Positions 8,881-17,054 of a stretch of DNA of 64,000 nt are shown piece by piece (position 1 is the first letter of the stretch; the number at the start of each line of letters is the position of its first letter). Made by a program: the position numbers and the translations under genes. The notes below the pieces were generated by a model. That model was given only the letters and a program-made list of their open reading frames with translations. It had not been told where the DNA came from and ran no database searches. Source of the DNA: Thermoplasmata archaeon (lineage in GTDB: Archaea > Thermoplasmatota > Thermoplasmata > RBG-16-68-12); NCBI GenBank assembly GCA_035632695.1, contig DASQGG010000167.1, positions 120 through 64,119 of the forward strand. Direction: 5' to 3'.

Positions 8881-10752
8881 ATGCACTCGAATCGTTCTCG
8901 GGTAGCGTTCGTGCTGACGCTGGTGCTCGCCATGGCGGCGTTATCGTTCGCCGTGGTCGTCGCACCGGCTCGCGCGAACCACGACACCGTGCACTGGAAC
9001 TACAGCAACCCTGTGACGACGGACGCGAACGCACAAACAAGCTGGCCATGGGTATTGGACGACCAGGTGGGCCACTTCTACGTGTCGTACAACTACTACA
9101 ACACGGGGACGCTCACGACCAACGTGAACCTGACCAAGTACATGGATTCCCAGCTCGGCCAGGCCCCAGTCAAGGTGTTCCAGTCGCGTGTGAACACGGT
9201 CGCCAATGTGGCGAGCAGCTGGGGCACCGCGATGGCCCTGGATCCGCTCGGGAACCTGTACGTGGCGTGGACCCGGACCGATCCCACGTACGGACTGAAG
9301 ATCTTCATTAGCAAGTCCACGACCGGCGGCGCGAGCTTCGCGGCCGAGGTCCCGGCCACCGCTCCGAACACGTACGGCTCGGACTACTGGCCCAAGATCG
9401 CGTCGACGGCCGATGGGACCATCTACGTGGGTTGGATTCAGAGCTGGTCCGGCTCCAGCATCACCGTGTCCAAGAGCACGGACCACGGCGCCACGTTCGG
9501 ATCCTGGACGAACGTGTCGACGCAATCCGCGAGCTTCACGCCATCCCGGTTCGCAATGACGGCCGACGCGCATGGCCGGGTCTACCTCGTCGTCGAAGGC
9601 TACTCGACCACGCTGGGGAGGCAAGCCGTGTACCTGTACCACTCGGACGACGGCGTGACCTGGACCGCCCCTACGTTGCTGAGCTCAGCCTCGGTCACGA
9701 GCCTGGGTCCGTCCGCGGCGATCGATAGCGCTGGGCGCGTCTACGTGACGTTCTTGGGCCTCTTCGGGTCGAGCTTCCGGGTCTACGTGACGACGTCGGA
9801 CGACCGCGGGTTGACCTGGAGCACACCATTCCCGCTCACCCAGGGAACCTCCTCGGTCACTTACATCCCGACGATCGCGGTGAAGCACGACACGGCGATG
9901 GTTGTCTGGGGCGGATCCGAGGGATCCACGGCAGGCGTGGGGTTCGTCGTGAGCCCCGACCGCGGTGCGACGTGGTACCCCGAGGAGTTCTACGCGCCCG
10001 TGGGCGTTTCGCCGGGCTACTCGGTGGTCAACGCGGATGCGAACGGGACGTTCTACGCGGCCTACGAGACGGGCGCGAGCATGGTCCGCGTGTCCGCGTG
10101 GCACAGCCCGCCCTCGACGCCCGTGATCACGGAGGTCAGTTCCAGCCTTGCCAACGCGAACGTATCCTGGTCCGCGAACCCGGAGCCCGACGTCGTTGCC
10201 TACGAGCTCTTCCGGAGCGCGGACGGATCCAGCTACTCCTTCGTGGCGAACGTCGCGGCCGGCCAAACGTCCTACACGGACGTCGGCCTCGCGAACGGAA
10301 CGTACTGGTACAGACTCATCGCCGTGGACAACCTGGGCGTCTTCAGCCATCCTTCGGCTCCCGCATCGGGAACGGTAGGGCCCACGACCCAGGCGCTCAT
10401 TAACCAGCTGAGCGCCGAGATCGCGGCGCTCAAGGCGCAGCTGAACACCGCGAACACGAACCTGGCGGCTGCCCAGAGCCAGCTCACCGCGATCCAGAAC
10501 CAGCTCGCCGCGATCAAGGGCAACACGACCGCGCTCCAGAACCAGATCAACAACCTGCAGAACCAGCTGAACAACCTGCAGGCCCAGCAGGCGACCCAGA
10601 CGATCTCCTACGCGAACCTCGCGTTCGAGGTCATCGTGGTGGTCCTCCTGGTCGTGCTGCTCCTGAACCAGATGCGGAGGCCCAAGGCCCCGCAGATGAT
10701 GATGGCGCAGCCGGGTCAGGCGGAACCGAAGAAGCCGGAAGACGAGCTCTAA
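8881..10752 (+). CDS. secreted BNR/Asp-box repeat (sialidase/glycosidase-like beta-propeller) surface protein with FN3-like domain, Q/N-rich coiled-coil stalk and C-terminal TM anchor
   Basis: A signal peptide (MHSNRSRVAFVLTLVLAMAALSFAVVVAPARA) is followed by four Asp-box motifs (SKSTDHGATF, SDDGVTWT, SDDRGLTWS, SPDRGATWY). The C-terminus has a coiled coil (LKAQLNTANTNLAAAQSQL..), then a TM (VIVVVLLVVLLL) and a basic tail. Many N-x-S/T sequons are present. Confidence 0.75.
   Translation: MHSNRSRVAFVLTLVLAMAALSFAVVVAPARANHDTVHWNYSNPVTTDANAQTSWPWVLDDQVGHFYVSYNYYNTGTLTTNVNLTKYMDSQLGQAPVKVFQSRVNTVANVASSWGTAMALDPLGNLYVAWTRTDPTYGLKIFISKSTTGGASFAAEVPATAPNTYGSDYWPKIASTADGTIYVGWIQSWSGSSITVSKSTDHGATFGSWTNVSTQSASFTPSRFAMTADAHGRVYLVVEGYSTTLGRQAVYLYHSDDGVTWTAPTLLSSASVTSLGPSAAIDSAGRVYVTFLGLFGSSFRVYVTTSDDRGLTWSTPFPLTQGTSSVTYIPTIAVKHDTAMVVWGGSEGSTAGVGFVVSPDRGATWYPEEFYAPVGVSPGYSVVNADANGTFYAAYETGASMVRVSAWHSPPSTPVITEVSSSLANANVSWSANPEPDVVAYELFRSADGSSYSFVANVAAGQTSYTDVGLANGTYWYRLIAVDNLGVFSHPSAPASGTVGPTTQALINQLSAEIAALKAQLNTANTNLAAAQSQLTAIQNQLAAIKGNTTALQNQINNLQNQLNNLQAQQATQTISYANLAFEVIVVVLLVVLLLNQMRRPKAPQMMMAQPGQAEPKKPEDEL
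10384..10605 (+). repeat. low-complexity CAG/AAC/CTG-rich segment encoding the Q/N/A/L heptad coiled-coil stalk of the BNR surface protein
   Basis: Visible reiteration of cagctg / aaccag / ctgcag units, giving ..LNTANTNLAAAQSQLTAIQNQLAAIKGNTTALQNQINNLQNQLNNLQAQQ.. Confidence 0.5.
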
Positions 10753-10807
10753 GGAATGCAATCACGGAGGGCCGCGAAGGCCCTCCCCTTTCTCCGTTTT
10801 CGAACCC

Positions 10808-11752
10808 TCAGGCCACGCTCGCGAGCGCCCGATGGTACGCGAGCGTCCGCTCGAGCCCCTCGCGTAGCGACGTCTTCGGCGTGAAGCCGAGTCGGTCCAT
10901 GGCCTTCGAGATGTCGGCCCGCGAGTGGCGCACATCCCCTGGGCGGATTTCCTTCCGGGCGGCCTTGATCGGGTTCCCGATGATCTCGGACAGGAGCCGA
11001 GCGACCTCCGTGACCGTGGTCGCGGAGCCCGAGCCGACGTTGAACACCTGCCCCGCCACGGGACGCTCCCCGGCGAGTTCCATGGCCTCCGCCGCGTCCG
11101 CGGCGTAGAGGAAGTCCCGGGTCTGGTCCCCGTCCCCGTAGATCTCGATTCCCTTGCCGCGGGCGACCGCGGAGGAGAACTTGGCGATCACGCCCGCGTA
11201 GGGCGCGTTCGGGTCCTGCCGCGGGCCATACGCGTTGAACAGGCGGAGCACCACGGTCTCGATGGGCTTGAGCTGGGGGATCTCCTCGCACGCGAACTCC
11301 CCGACCATCTTCGTGGTCGCGTACGGGGAGGCGGGCTCGGGCCGCATGGTCTCCACCTTCGGGACGACCTCGGACGAGCCGTAGACCGCGGCGCTCGAGA
11401 TGAACACGACGCGCTTCGCGCCCGCGTCCACGGACGCCTTGAGGGCGTTCAGCGTGCCCTCCACGTTCGTGCGCCAGTACTCGTCCGGCTTGGCCACGCT
11501 CTCGGGCACCGAGGTCTTTGCGGCCAGGTGGTAGACCAGGTCGTGCCCCTCGAGGGCCTTCGCGAGCTGCTTGGGCTGGAGGATCGAGGCGCGATGGAGG
11601 CGGACCTCCTCCTTGGCCCCCTGGAGGTTCCGCAGGGAGCCCGTGGACAGGTCGTCGAACACGGTGACCTCGTTTCGAGCGCTCAAGCGCTCGACCAGGT
11701 GCGAGCCGATGAACCCGGCTCCCCCCGTGACGAGGATCTTCCTGTCCTGCAT
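10808..11752 (-). CDS. NAD-dependent epimerase/dehydratase (UDP-sugar 4-epimerase, GalE-like)
   Basis: Rossmann motif ILVTGGAGFIGSHL and catalytic S..YxxxK (SPYATTK) mark the SDR extended family. The protein is 314 aa from ATG 11752. Confidence 0.85.
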   Translation of the reverse strand: MQDRKILVTGGAGFIGSHLVERLSARNEVTVFDDLSTGSLRNLQGAKEEVRLHRASILQPKQLAKALEGHDLVYHLAAKTSVPESVAKPDEYWRTNVEGTLNALKASVDAGAKRVVFISSAAVYGSSEVVPKVETMRPEPASPYATTKMVGEFACEEIPQLKPIETVVLRLFNAYGPRQDPNAPYAGVIAKFSSAVARGKGIEIYGDGDQTRDFLYAADAAEAMELAGERPVAGQVFNVGSGSATTVTEVARLLSEIIGNPIKAARKEIRPGDVRHSRADISKAMDRLGFTPKTSLREGLERTLAYHRALASVA

Positions 11753-11912
11753 CGGCCCGCGGTCGACACGCTCGTAGGTCCATAAGTGTTGTGGTGCAAC
11801 TTGAACGGCTGCGGCGTCGGGAGGCTCAGGCACCCGCTCGTCCCTAGGACATGTTTGCGTCGGGGAGATTGTTCCCGACGGCTTTATAGGCGGGAGGACC
11901 GAACCCGCACGC

Positions 11913-12911
11913 ATGTCTGCGCCCGCGGCTCCCCTTCCGTCGAACCGCCGGCTCATTCTGTACTTCGTACTCCTGGCGGCCCTCTTGCCCGAGGCGATCA
12001 CCGGTTCGACGCCGCCCCAGGCGTGGCTCAACCCGATTCAGGCCCTCCTCAACTTCTGGCTTTACGGGAGCGGCGTCCTCGTGGTCCGCGAGGTCGCCCG
12101 CCGATGGAAATCGGGGTGGCCGGGGATCCTGCTCCTCGGCGCCGCGTACGGGATCGTCGAGGAAGGCCTCGCGGTGACCACGTTCTTCAACCCCACGTTG
12201 CCCCAGCTGGGCACCCTGGGCTGGTACGGGCGTGACTTCGGCGTGAACTGGCTATGGGCGGTCTGGCTCAGTGAGTTCCATGCCCTCGTGTCCATCGCGA
12301 TCCCCATCTTGCTCCTGGAGTGGCATTGGCCCGCGCTCAAGGAGAAGCGACTCTTGTCGGATCGCGGTCTCTACGTCGCGCTCGCCCTCCTCGCCCTCGC
12401 GGCCGTCACGATCAACGTGATGGTCCACCTCGCCAGCCCGTACCGGGAGGCGGGGCCCGAGTACCTCGCCGCCCTTGCGGCGATCGCCCTCCTCGCGTAC
12501 GCCGCACGTCGATGGTCCACCACGTGGTGGCGTCATCTGCCGGCGACCGGGAGGCCGCTGACCGCGCGCGGGCACTTCCTTCTGGGGTTCACGTTCATCG
12601 GTGGGTCTTTCCTTCTGTACGCGGGCGGACCGTTCTTCGGCCGCCAGCCGCTGATCTCGCTGGCCGAAGGCCTCGCGCTGCTGGGCGTCACGCTCCTGCT
12701 CGTCCGTCGGTCGGCAGGCCGTGCGGACGGGGAGGTCCTCGGGTTCGCGTTCGCGGCGGGTGTCACCGGTTTCTTCTGCGTGTTCGACCTCGCTCTGGTC
12801 CCGGGCAATCCCCTGATGGTCCTTCCGGCGACCGGCTTCGGGTACCTGGTCCTCAGGTTGTGGCGAGAACGTCCTATCTCGCCTACGGCTCTCCCGGTGG
12901 CCCGCGCTTAG
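11913..12911 (+). CDS. hypothetical polytopic membrane protein (about 9 TM)
   Basis: 332 aa and highly hydrophobic. A TATA-like TTTATAG lies about 25 nt upstream, suggesting a leaderless transcript. No family assigned. Confidence 0.5.
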   Translation: MSAPAAPLPSNRRLILYFVLLAALLPEAITGSTPPQAWLNPIQALLNFWLYGSGVLVVREVARRWKSGWPGILLLGAAYGIVEEGLAVTTFFNPTLPQLGTLGWYGRDFGVNWLWAVWLSEFHALVSIAIPILLLEWHWPALKEKRLLSDRGLYVALALLALAAVTINVMVHLASPYREAGPEYLAALAAIALLAYAARRWSTTWWRHLPATGRPLTARGHFLLGFTFIGGSFLLYAGGPFFGRQPLISLAEGLALLGVTLLLVRRSAGRADGEVLGFAFAAGVTGFFCVFDLALVPGNPLMVLPATGFGYLVLRLWRERPISPTALPVARA

Positions 12912-13028
12912 GCACCAACCGGGGCCACGCGCGAACCTCCACGCCGCGCCGAACCGTGTCCTCGATTGACCCTAGCGGTCCGAGGAGAAGCCTTAATCCG
13001 GCCCCGCGATACAGCGGAGGAGGGACGC

Positions 13029-14129
13029 ATGGGACGGCCGGTTCTCCGCCTCGCCACGCGCATCAGCCGCCGCACGCGCTGGACGGCGTGGGCCATCGCG
13101 TTTGCGTGCATGGTCCTCGTGGGCTCCCTGAGTCTCGCGGACGGCCTCGGCGCGGGCGTCGACGCCGTGACCGCGCGTTTCTCCAGCGGCGCCACGGTGT
13201 ACCTCCGCGGCAGCGATCTCCTGGGAAGCGCGATCGACGCGAGCGCGCTCGCCGCGATTCCCACGGACTACGCGGTCCTTCGAGCGCACCTTGGCGCCCT
13301 GAGCATCAACGGACTGTCGCGGACTGCCGTGGTCGCATCCTGGACCGTGTATCATGGCGGCAACGCCACGGTCCCGTTCCCCGCGGCGTCGCTGGATGTC
13401 GCCATCGATTCCGGGCTGCGTTCGCAGATCGAGAACGCGAGCGGACACCCGCTCGGGACGACCGCGAACGTGAGCCTCTTCGGTCTCGCCTCGAAGCCGC
13501 TCGCCGTGACCGCTGCGCCCGCGTCCAGGCCCAGCATGCTCCCGGACACCTGGGCGTGGGTCCGCCCAGACCTCTTCCTCTCCCTGAGTGCGTCCGAAGG
13601 AGGGCCTGCGCAAGCCGTGATCACGCCCGTGCCCCTGGACGCCGGCATGGCGACGTGGCTGGGCCTCACCCCGCTTCAGACCGTCGGTGCGATCGGGTTC
13701 ACCGAGGCGAGCATCGCCGAGGCGCAGTCCGTGCTCCTCGGCCTCGCGGGCGTGCTCGCCGTGGTCATCGGGCTCCTTGCGTACAACGCGATCGGGCTCG
13801 AGGTCCACCTCCGGCAGGACGAGATCCGCACCCTCTGCAGCCTCGGCGCCTCGCCTCGGACGATCGCCGCCGTCTACGAGGCGAAGGCCCTCGTGATCGC
13901 GCTCCTGGGGGCCACCGTGGGTTCCGCGCTGGGGATCGTCGTGGCCCACGGGATCGTGTCCTTCGCTCCCTTGCTCGGGTTGCCGAACCTCCTCCTGCTT
14001 CCCTTGCCCGTGGTGCCGGTGGCCCTGGCGTACGGTCTGGCCGTAGGTGCCGCAGCGCTGGGCGGGCTCCTCCCCGCTGCCCATGCGGTCCGCCTCCTGC
14101 GTCGCCCGACGGGGGCGAGACCATCCTGA
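13029..14129 (+). CDS. ABC transporter permease, FtsX/MacB family
   Basis: N-terminal TM, large extracytoplasmic domain, then a C-terminal FtsX-type 3-TM bundle ending ..LLPAAHAVRLLRRP. ATG 13029 is preceded by GGAGGAGG (an SD) 7 nt upstream. Confidence 0.75.
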   Translation: MGRPVLRLATRISRRTRWTAWAIAFACMVLVGSLSLADGLGAGVDAVTARFSSGATVYLRGSDLLGSAIDASALAAIPTDYAVLRAHLGALSINGLSRTAVVASWTVYHGGNATVPFPAASLDVAIDSGLRSQIENASGHPLGTTANVSLFGLASKPLAVTAAPASRPSMLPDTWAWVRPDLFLSLSASEGGPAQAVITPVPLDAGMATWLGLTPLQTVGAIGFTEASIAEAQSVLLGLAGVLAVVIGLLAYNAIGLEVHLRQDEIRTLCSLGASPRTIAAVYEAKALVIALLGATVGSALGIVVAHGIVSFAPLLGLPNLLLLPLPVVPVALAYGLAVGAAALGGLLPAAHAVRLLRRPTGARPS

Positions 14130-15328
14130 CGAGCCGTCGCGCGTTCGCGGGCCTGCTCCTCTGCGCCCTGCTCCTGGGCTTCACGTGGCCGCTCCTGTCC
14201 GCGGTCCCGGGGCTGCCGTCCCAGATCCTCGCGGGCGACGTATACGTGCTCACGCCGGGCACGGGTCCTTACTCGATTAACGAGAGCCTCGTGCAGAACC
14301 TCACCGCGCAGCCGTGGGCCCAGGCCGTGAGCCCCGAGATCTTCTCCCTAGGCACGCTAGGCGGCGCCCCCGCCGTCATCCGCGGCGTCGATCCCGCCAC
14401 GTTCCTGCGGATCGAGGGCGCCTCCTCCGGGCCGCCCTCCAACCTGACGCCGCCGTGGGCCCTCGCGGGGTCGGGCCTCGCGTCGCGCCTCGCGCTCGTC
14501 CCCGGGCAGGAACTCACCCTGGTCGGCTCGTCCATCCCGCGCCTGGATGTCGTGCCCCTGGCCGGCACGTTCCGGACGTCCACGGCGGCGGACGACGAGC
14601 TCCTCGTCGACTACGCCACGGCGCGCTTCCTCACGGGTGTGGGACTCGGCGTGTACCACTCGATCCGCGTTGAGACCTCCGAGCCCACCCGACTCGTCGC
14701 CTTCCTCGCAGCGCGGACCGCGAGCGTCCATGTCGCAGGCCCCGGCGGGAACGTCGGCGGCGTGAACAGCGCCCCGCTGCCCGCGGACCCGCGCGTGATC
14801 AACCTCTTCCTGCGCTACGGCCTCGGCCCCCTCCCCCTCGACTACGTGGCCGAGGGCGTCACCGAGGCCGCGAACTCCGTGCAGGTCGTGGCCTGGGGCC
14901 TCGAGACGTTCATGCTCCTCCTGGTCGCGTGCGGGATCCACGCCGTGCAGGCGCGCGCCTTCGCGGACCGGCGGCCCACCGTGGGCGTACTCCGTGCCCT
15001 TGGCGCCCCGGGCACCTGGCTCCGGCTGCAGGCGCTGCGGGAGCTGCTGCCCCTCGCCGCTGCGGCCGGGGCTCTCGGCGCGGTCCTGGGTGCCGTGGGA
15101 GCCACGCTCCTCACGCCCAGCGCCGCGATCGTCGCGTTCGGCCACGAAGTCCGCGTGACGCTCGGCCCGATCGACATCCTCCTCGTCGCAGTGAGCGTGG
15201 TGCTCGTCTCCGCGGTCTCGGAACTCGGGCTCCTCCAGGGCGCGATGCGGGAGCGGCCCTCGGAGTCCATCCGCGGCAGCCCGGTCCGGCAGCCTCCTCG
15301 GTCTCTAGAGGTGGTCCTGCGCGAGTGA
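14126..15328 (+). CDS. second ABC transporter permease, FtsX/MacB family; start codon uncertain
   Basis: The frame opens exactly at the stop of the first permease (..GGETILTSRRAFAGLLLCALLLGF..). It has a TM1-like N-terminus, a large loop, and a C-terminal FtsX bundle (..RALGAPGTWLRLQALRELLPLAAAAGALGAVLGAVGATLL..). No ATG/GTG/TTG lies near the N-terminal TM helix; CTG (14126) and ATC are the only candidates. Confidence 0.55.
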   Translation: MTSRRAFAGLLLCALLLGFTWPLLSAVPGLPSQILAGDVYVLTPGTGPYSINESLVQNLTAQPWAQAVSPEIFSLGTLGGAPAVIRGVDPATFLRIEGASSGPPSNLTPPWALAGSGLASRLALVPGQELTLVGSSIPRLDVVPLAGTFRTSTAADDELLVDYATARFLTGVGLGVYHSIRVETSEPTRLVAFLAARTASVHVAGPGGNVGGVNSAPLPADPRVINLFLRYGLGPLPLDYVAEGVTEAANSVQVVAWGLETFMLLLVACGIHAVQARAFADRRPTVGVLRALGAPGTWLRLQALRELLPLAAAAGALGAVLGAVGATLLTPSAAIVAFGHEVRVTLGPIDILLVAVSVVLVSAVSELGLLQGAMRERPSESIRGSPVRQPPRSLEVVLRE

Positions 15329-16953
15329 AGAGCCACCTCGCCCTGGTCGCCTCCCTGTACGCGTTCGCCCTGGCGCTCCGGCTGGTGCCGCTGACCTTCT
15401 CCCCGCTCCCCTACAACATCGACGGCTTCCCCCTCGCGAGGATCGCCGCGCAGATTACGGGGACCGGGACCTGGCGCATCAACCCGGTCGACCCGAACTG
15501 GTACAACGAGATGATGCCCGTCTACTCCCTGGTGTGGTCCTCGGCTTCCCAGCTCGGAGGGCTCGATCCGCTCCTGTACCTTCAAGCAGTCCTCCCCTTC
15601 GTCCTCGCGACCGCGGTCCTGCCCGCGTACCTCCTCGGCGTGAAGGCTGCGGGGCACCCCGCCGCGGGCTTCGCGTCGGGCCTGTTTGTCGCGGCGTTCG
15701 GGAGCTTCCTCTCCCTGACGAGCATGGGGATGAAGGAGTCTCTGGCCCTCGTCCTCCTTCCGACCGTAATCCTCGTGTTCGCGGAGCGTCGCGACCCGCG
15801 CAAGCGCGCGTTGGCCCTCCTGCTGCTCCTGATTCTCCCGTTCCTCCATCAGCTCTCCGACTTCCTCGTCCTGGGCATGGTTGCGGCGCTCGTCGTGCTC
15901 ACCCACGCCCGCGCGATCCAGCGCGGTCGGTTCGCCGCGCGCGCCCTGCTCCTGGACATCGCCACAGGCCCGGGCCCCGCGGTGCTGGCCTACGCGTACT
16001 ACGTTGTCGTGAGCATGCCCGATCTCGATGCGGTCACCTCCCCGGACGCCCTCGCCCTGTTCCTCGGCGTCACGACACTCCTGTCCGCCCTCCTTGTCCG
16101 GATGGCCCGGCCTTCGAGCCTCCGCCCCGGAGCGCGGCTCGTCCGCCCGGTCGGCCCCATCCTCCTGGTCCCCGCGATCGCCTTCGTCGCGCTCCTCGTG
16201 GACGCCCGCACGGACCTGTTCGCAGGCGTGTTGGGGACGCAGCCCGCGCTCGTGCCGATCTTCCTGGCAGCCGCGGCCCTGGTCGTGTTCGCGTTCCTCG
16301 GATACCAGCTCCTCCGCCGCACGGCGAACCCGTTGACGGACCTCGCGCTCGCGATGGGCATCGCCCCCGTGGCCCTCGTCCTCTTCGCCTTCCTGCGCGG
16401 CCTGGACGGCCTGAGCCAGGTGCTCGTGTACCGGAGCTTCGACTTCCTGGACTATGGGCTCGCCCTCGCCGTCGGGGTGGGCTTCGCGTATTCCTGGCAT
16501 CGTCTGGGCCGGACGCCGGCGCGGCTCGCCCTCGCCGTGGGCCTATTGGGGCTTCTCCTCGCCACGACGCCGATCGCCTGGAACACCCAGGCCGTGTTCG
16601 GCGTAGACAATGTGACGACCTCCTCGGAATTCCAAGCCCTGGCCGTCCTCGCGTCCTTGCATCCTTCGAACGTGACCACGGACCAACGTCTCGCGGACGT
16701 CGGCCGGTTGTGGTTCGGACTCCCCACGGACCCGACGCTGCCGTACCGGCTCCGGGACAACGGGTCCATCTCGGGCCACGACTACGCGTTGGTCTTGGAC
16801 CGCTGGACGTCGATCGGGGCCCAGGTGCATCCCCAGCCCAACATCATCCTGTCGCCGACGATCCTGAGCGCGCTCCTTCGGGCGAACCGTGTCGTCTTCG
16901 CCGCGGGGCCACCGGGCGATCGCATGTACGTCGTCCAGTTGGCGGGGACGTGA
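15325..16953 (+). CDS. large polytopic membrane protein, putative GT-C-fold glycosyltransferase (AglB/PMT/ArnT-like topology)
   Basis: GTG start overlaps the preceding stop (GTGA). 542 aa with about 13 TM helices, then a C-terminal soluble domain of roughly 130 aa. Loop-1 motif NIDGF..VDPNWYNE resembles the acidic first loop of GT-C enzymes; FDFLDYG is a possible weak WWDYG-like element. The family call is tentative. Confidence 0.5.
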   Translation: MKSHLALVASLYAFALALRLVPLTFSPLPYNIDGFPLARIAAQITGTGTWRINPVDPNWYNEMMPVYSLVWSSASQLGGLDPLLYLQAVLPFVLATAVLPAYLLGVKAAGHPAAGFASGLFVAAFGSFLSLTSMGMKESLALVLLPTVILVFAERRDPRKRALALLLLLILPFLHQLSDFLVLGMVAALVVLTHARAIQRGRFAARALLLDIATGPGPAVLAYAYYVVVSMPDLDAVTSPDALALFLGVTTLLSALLVRMARPSSLRPGARLVRPVGPILLVPAIAFVALLVDARTDLFAGVLGTQPALVPIFLAAAALVVFAFLGYQLLRRTANPLTDLALAMGIAPVALVLFAFLRGLDGLSQVLVYRSFDFLDYGLALAVGVGFAYSWHRLGRTPARLALAVGLLGLLLATTPIAWNTQAVFGVDNVTTSSEFQALAVLASLHPSNVTTDQRLADVGRLWFGLPTDPTLPYRLRDNGSISGHDYALVLDRWTSIGAQVHPQPNIILSPTILSALLRANRVVFAAGPPGDRMYVVQLAGT

Positions 16954-16968
16954 GCCCCTGCGAGGGGC
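16954..16968 (+). terminator. perfect 6-bp stem / 3-nt loop hairpin (GCCCCT-GCG-AGGGGC) immediately after the stop of the GT-C-like gene
   Basis: The inverted repeat is seen directly in the sequence. It sits at the end of the flippase-to-GT-C gene string. Confidence 0.45.
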
Positions 16969-17054
16969 AAGCCCTAATATGGGCGGCCTTCCCTACTTGA
17001 GTCCTGTCCAGGGGGTCGAGACTCGCGCGGACGCTCCTGATCGCACTGGCACTC

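Noticed and set aside
12320-15328. Single 1,002-aa plus-strand ORF spanning both FtsX permeases
   Set aside because: Its first 600 codons are an out-of-frame read-through of the first permease (Arg/Pro/Gly-rich nonsense). Only the part after 14126 is real and is annotated as the second permease.
14842-16500. 552-aa minus-strand ORF opposite the GT-C-like membrane protein
   Set aside because: It is an antisense shadow with a highly charged RG/E-rich translation, whereas the plus frame gives a coherent 13-TM hydropathy pattern.
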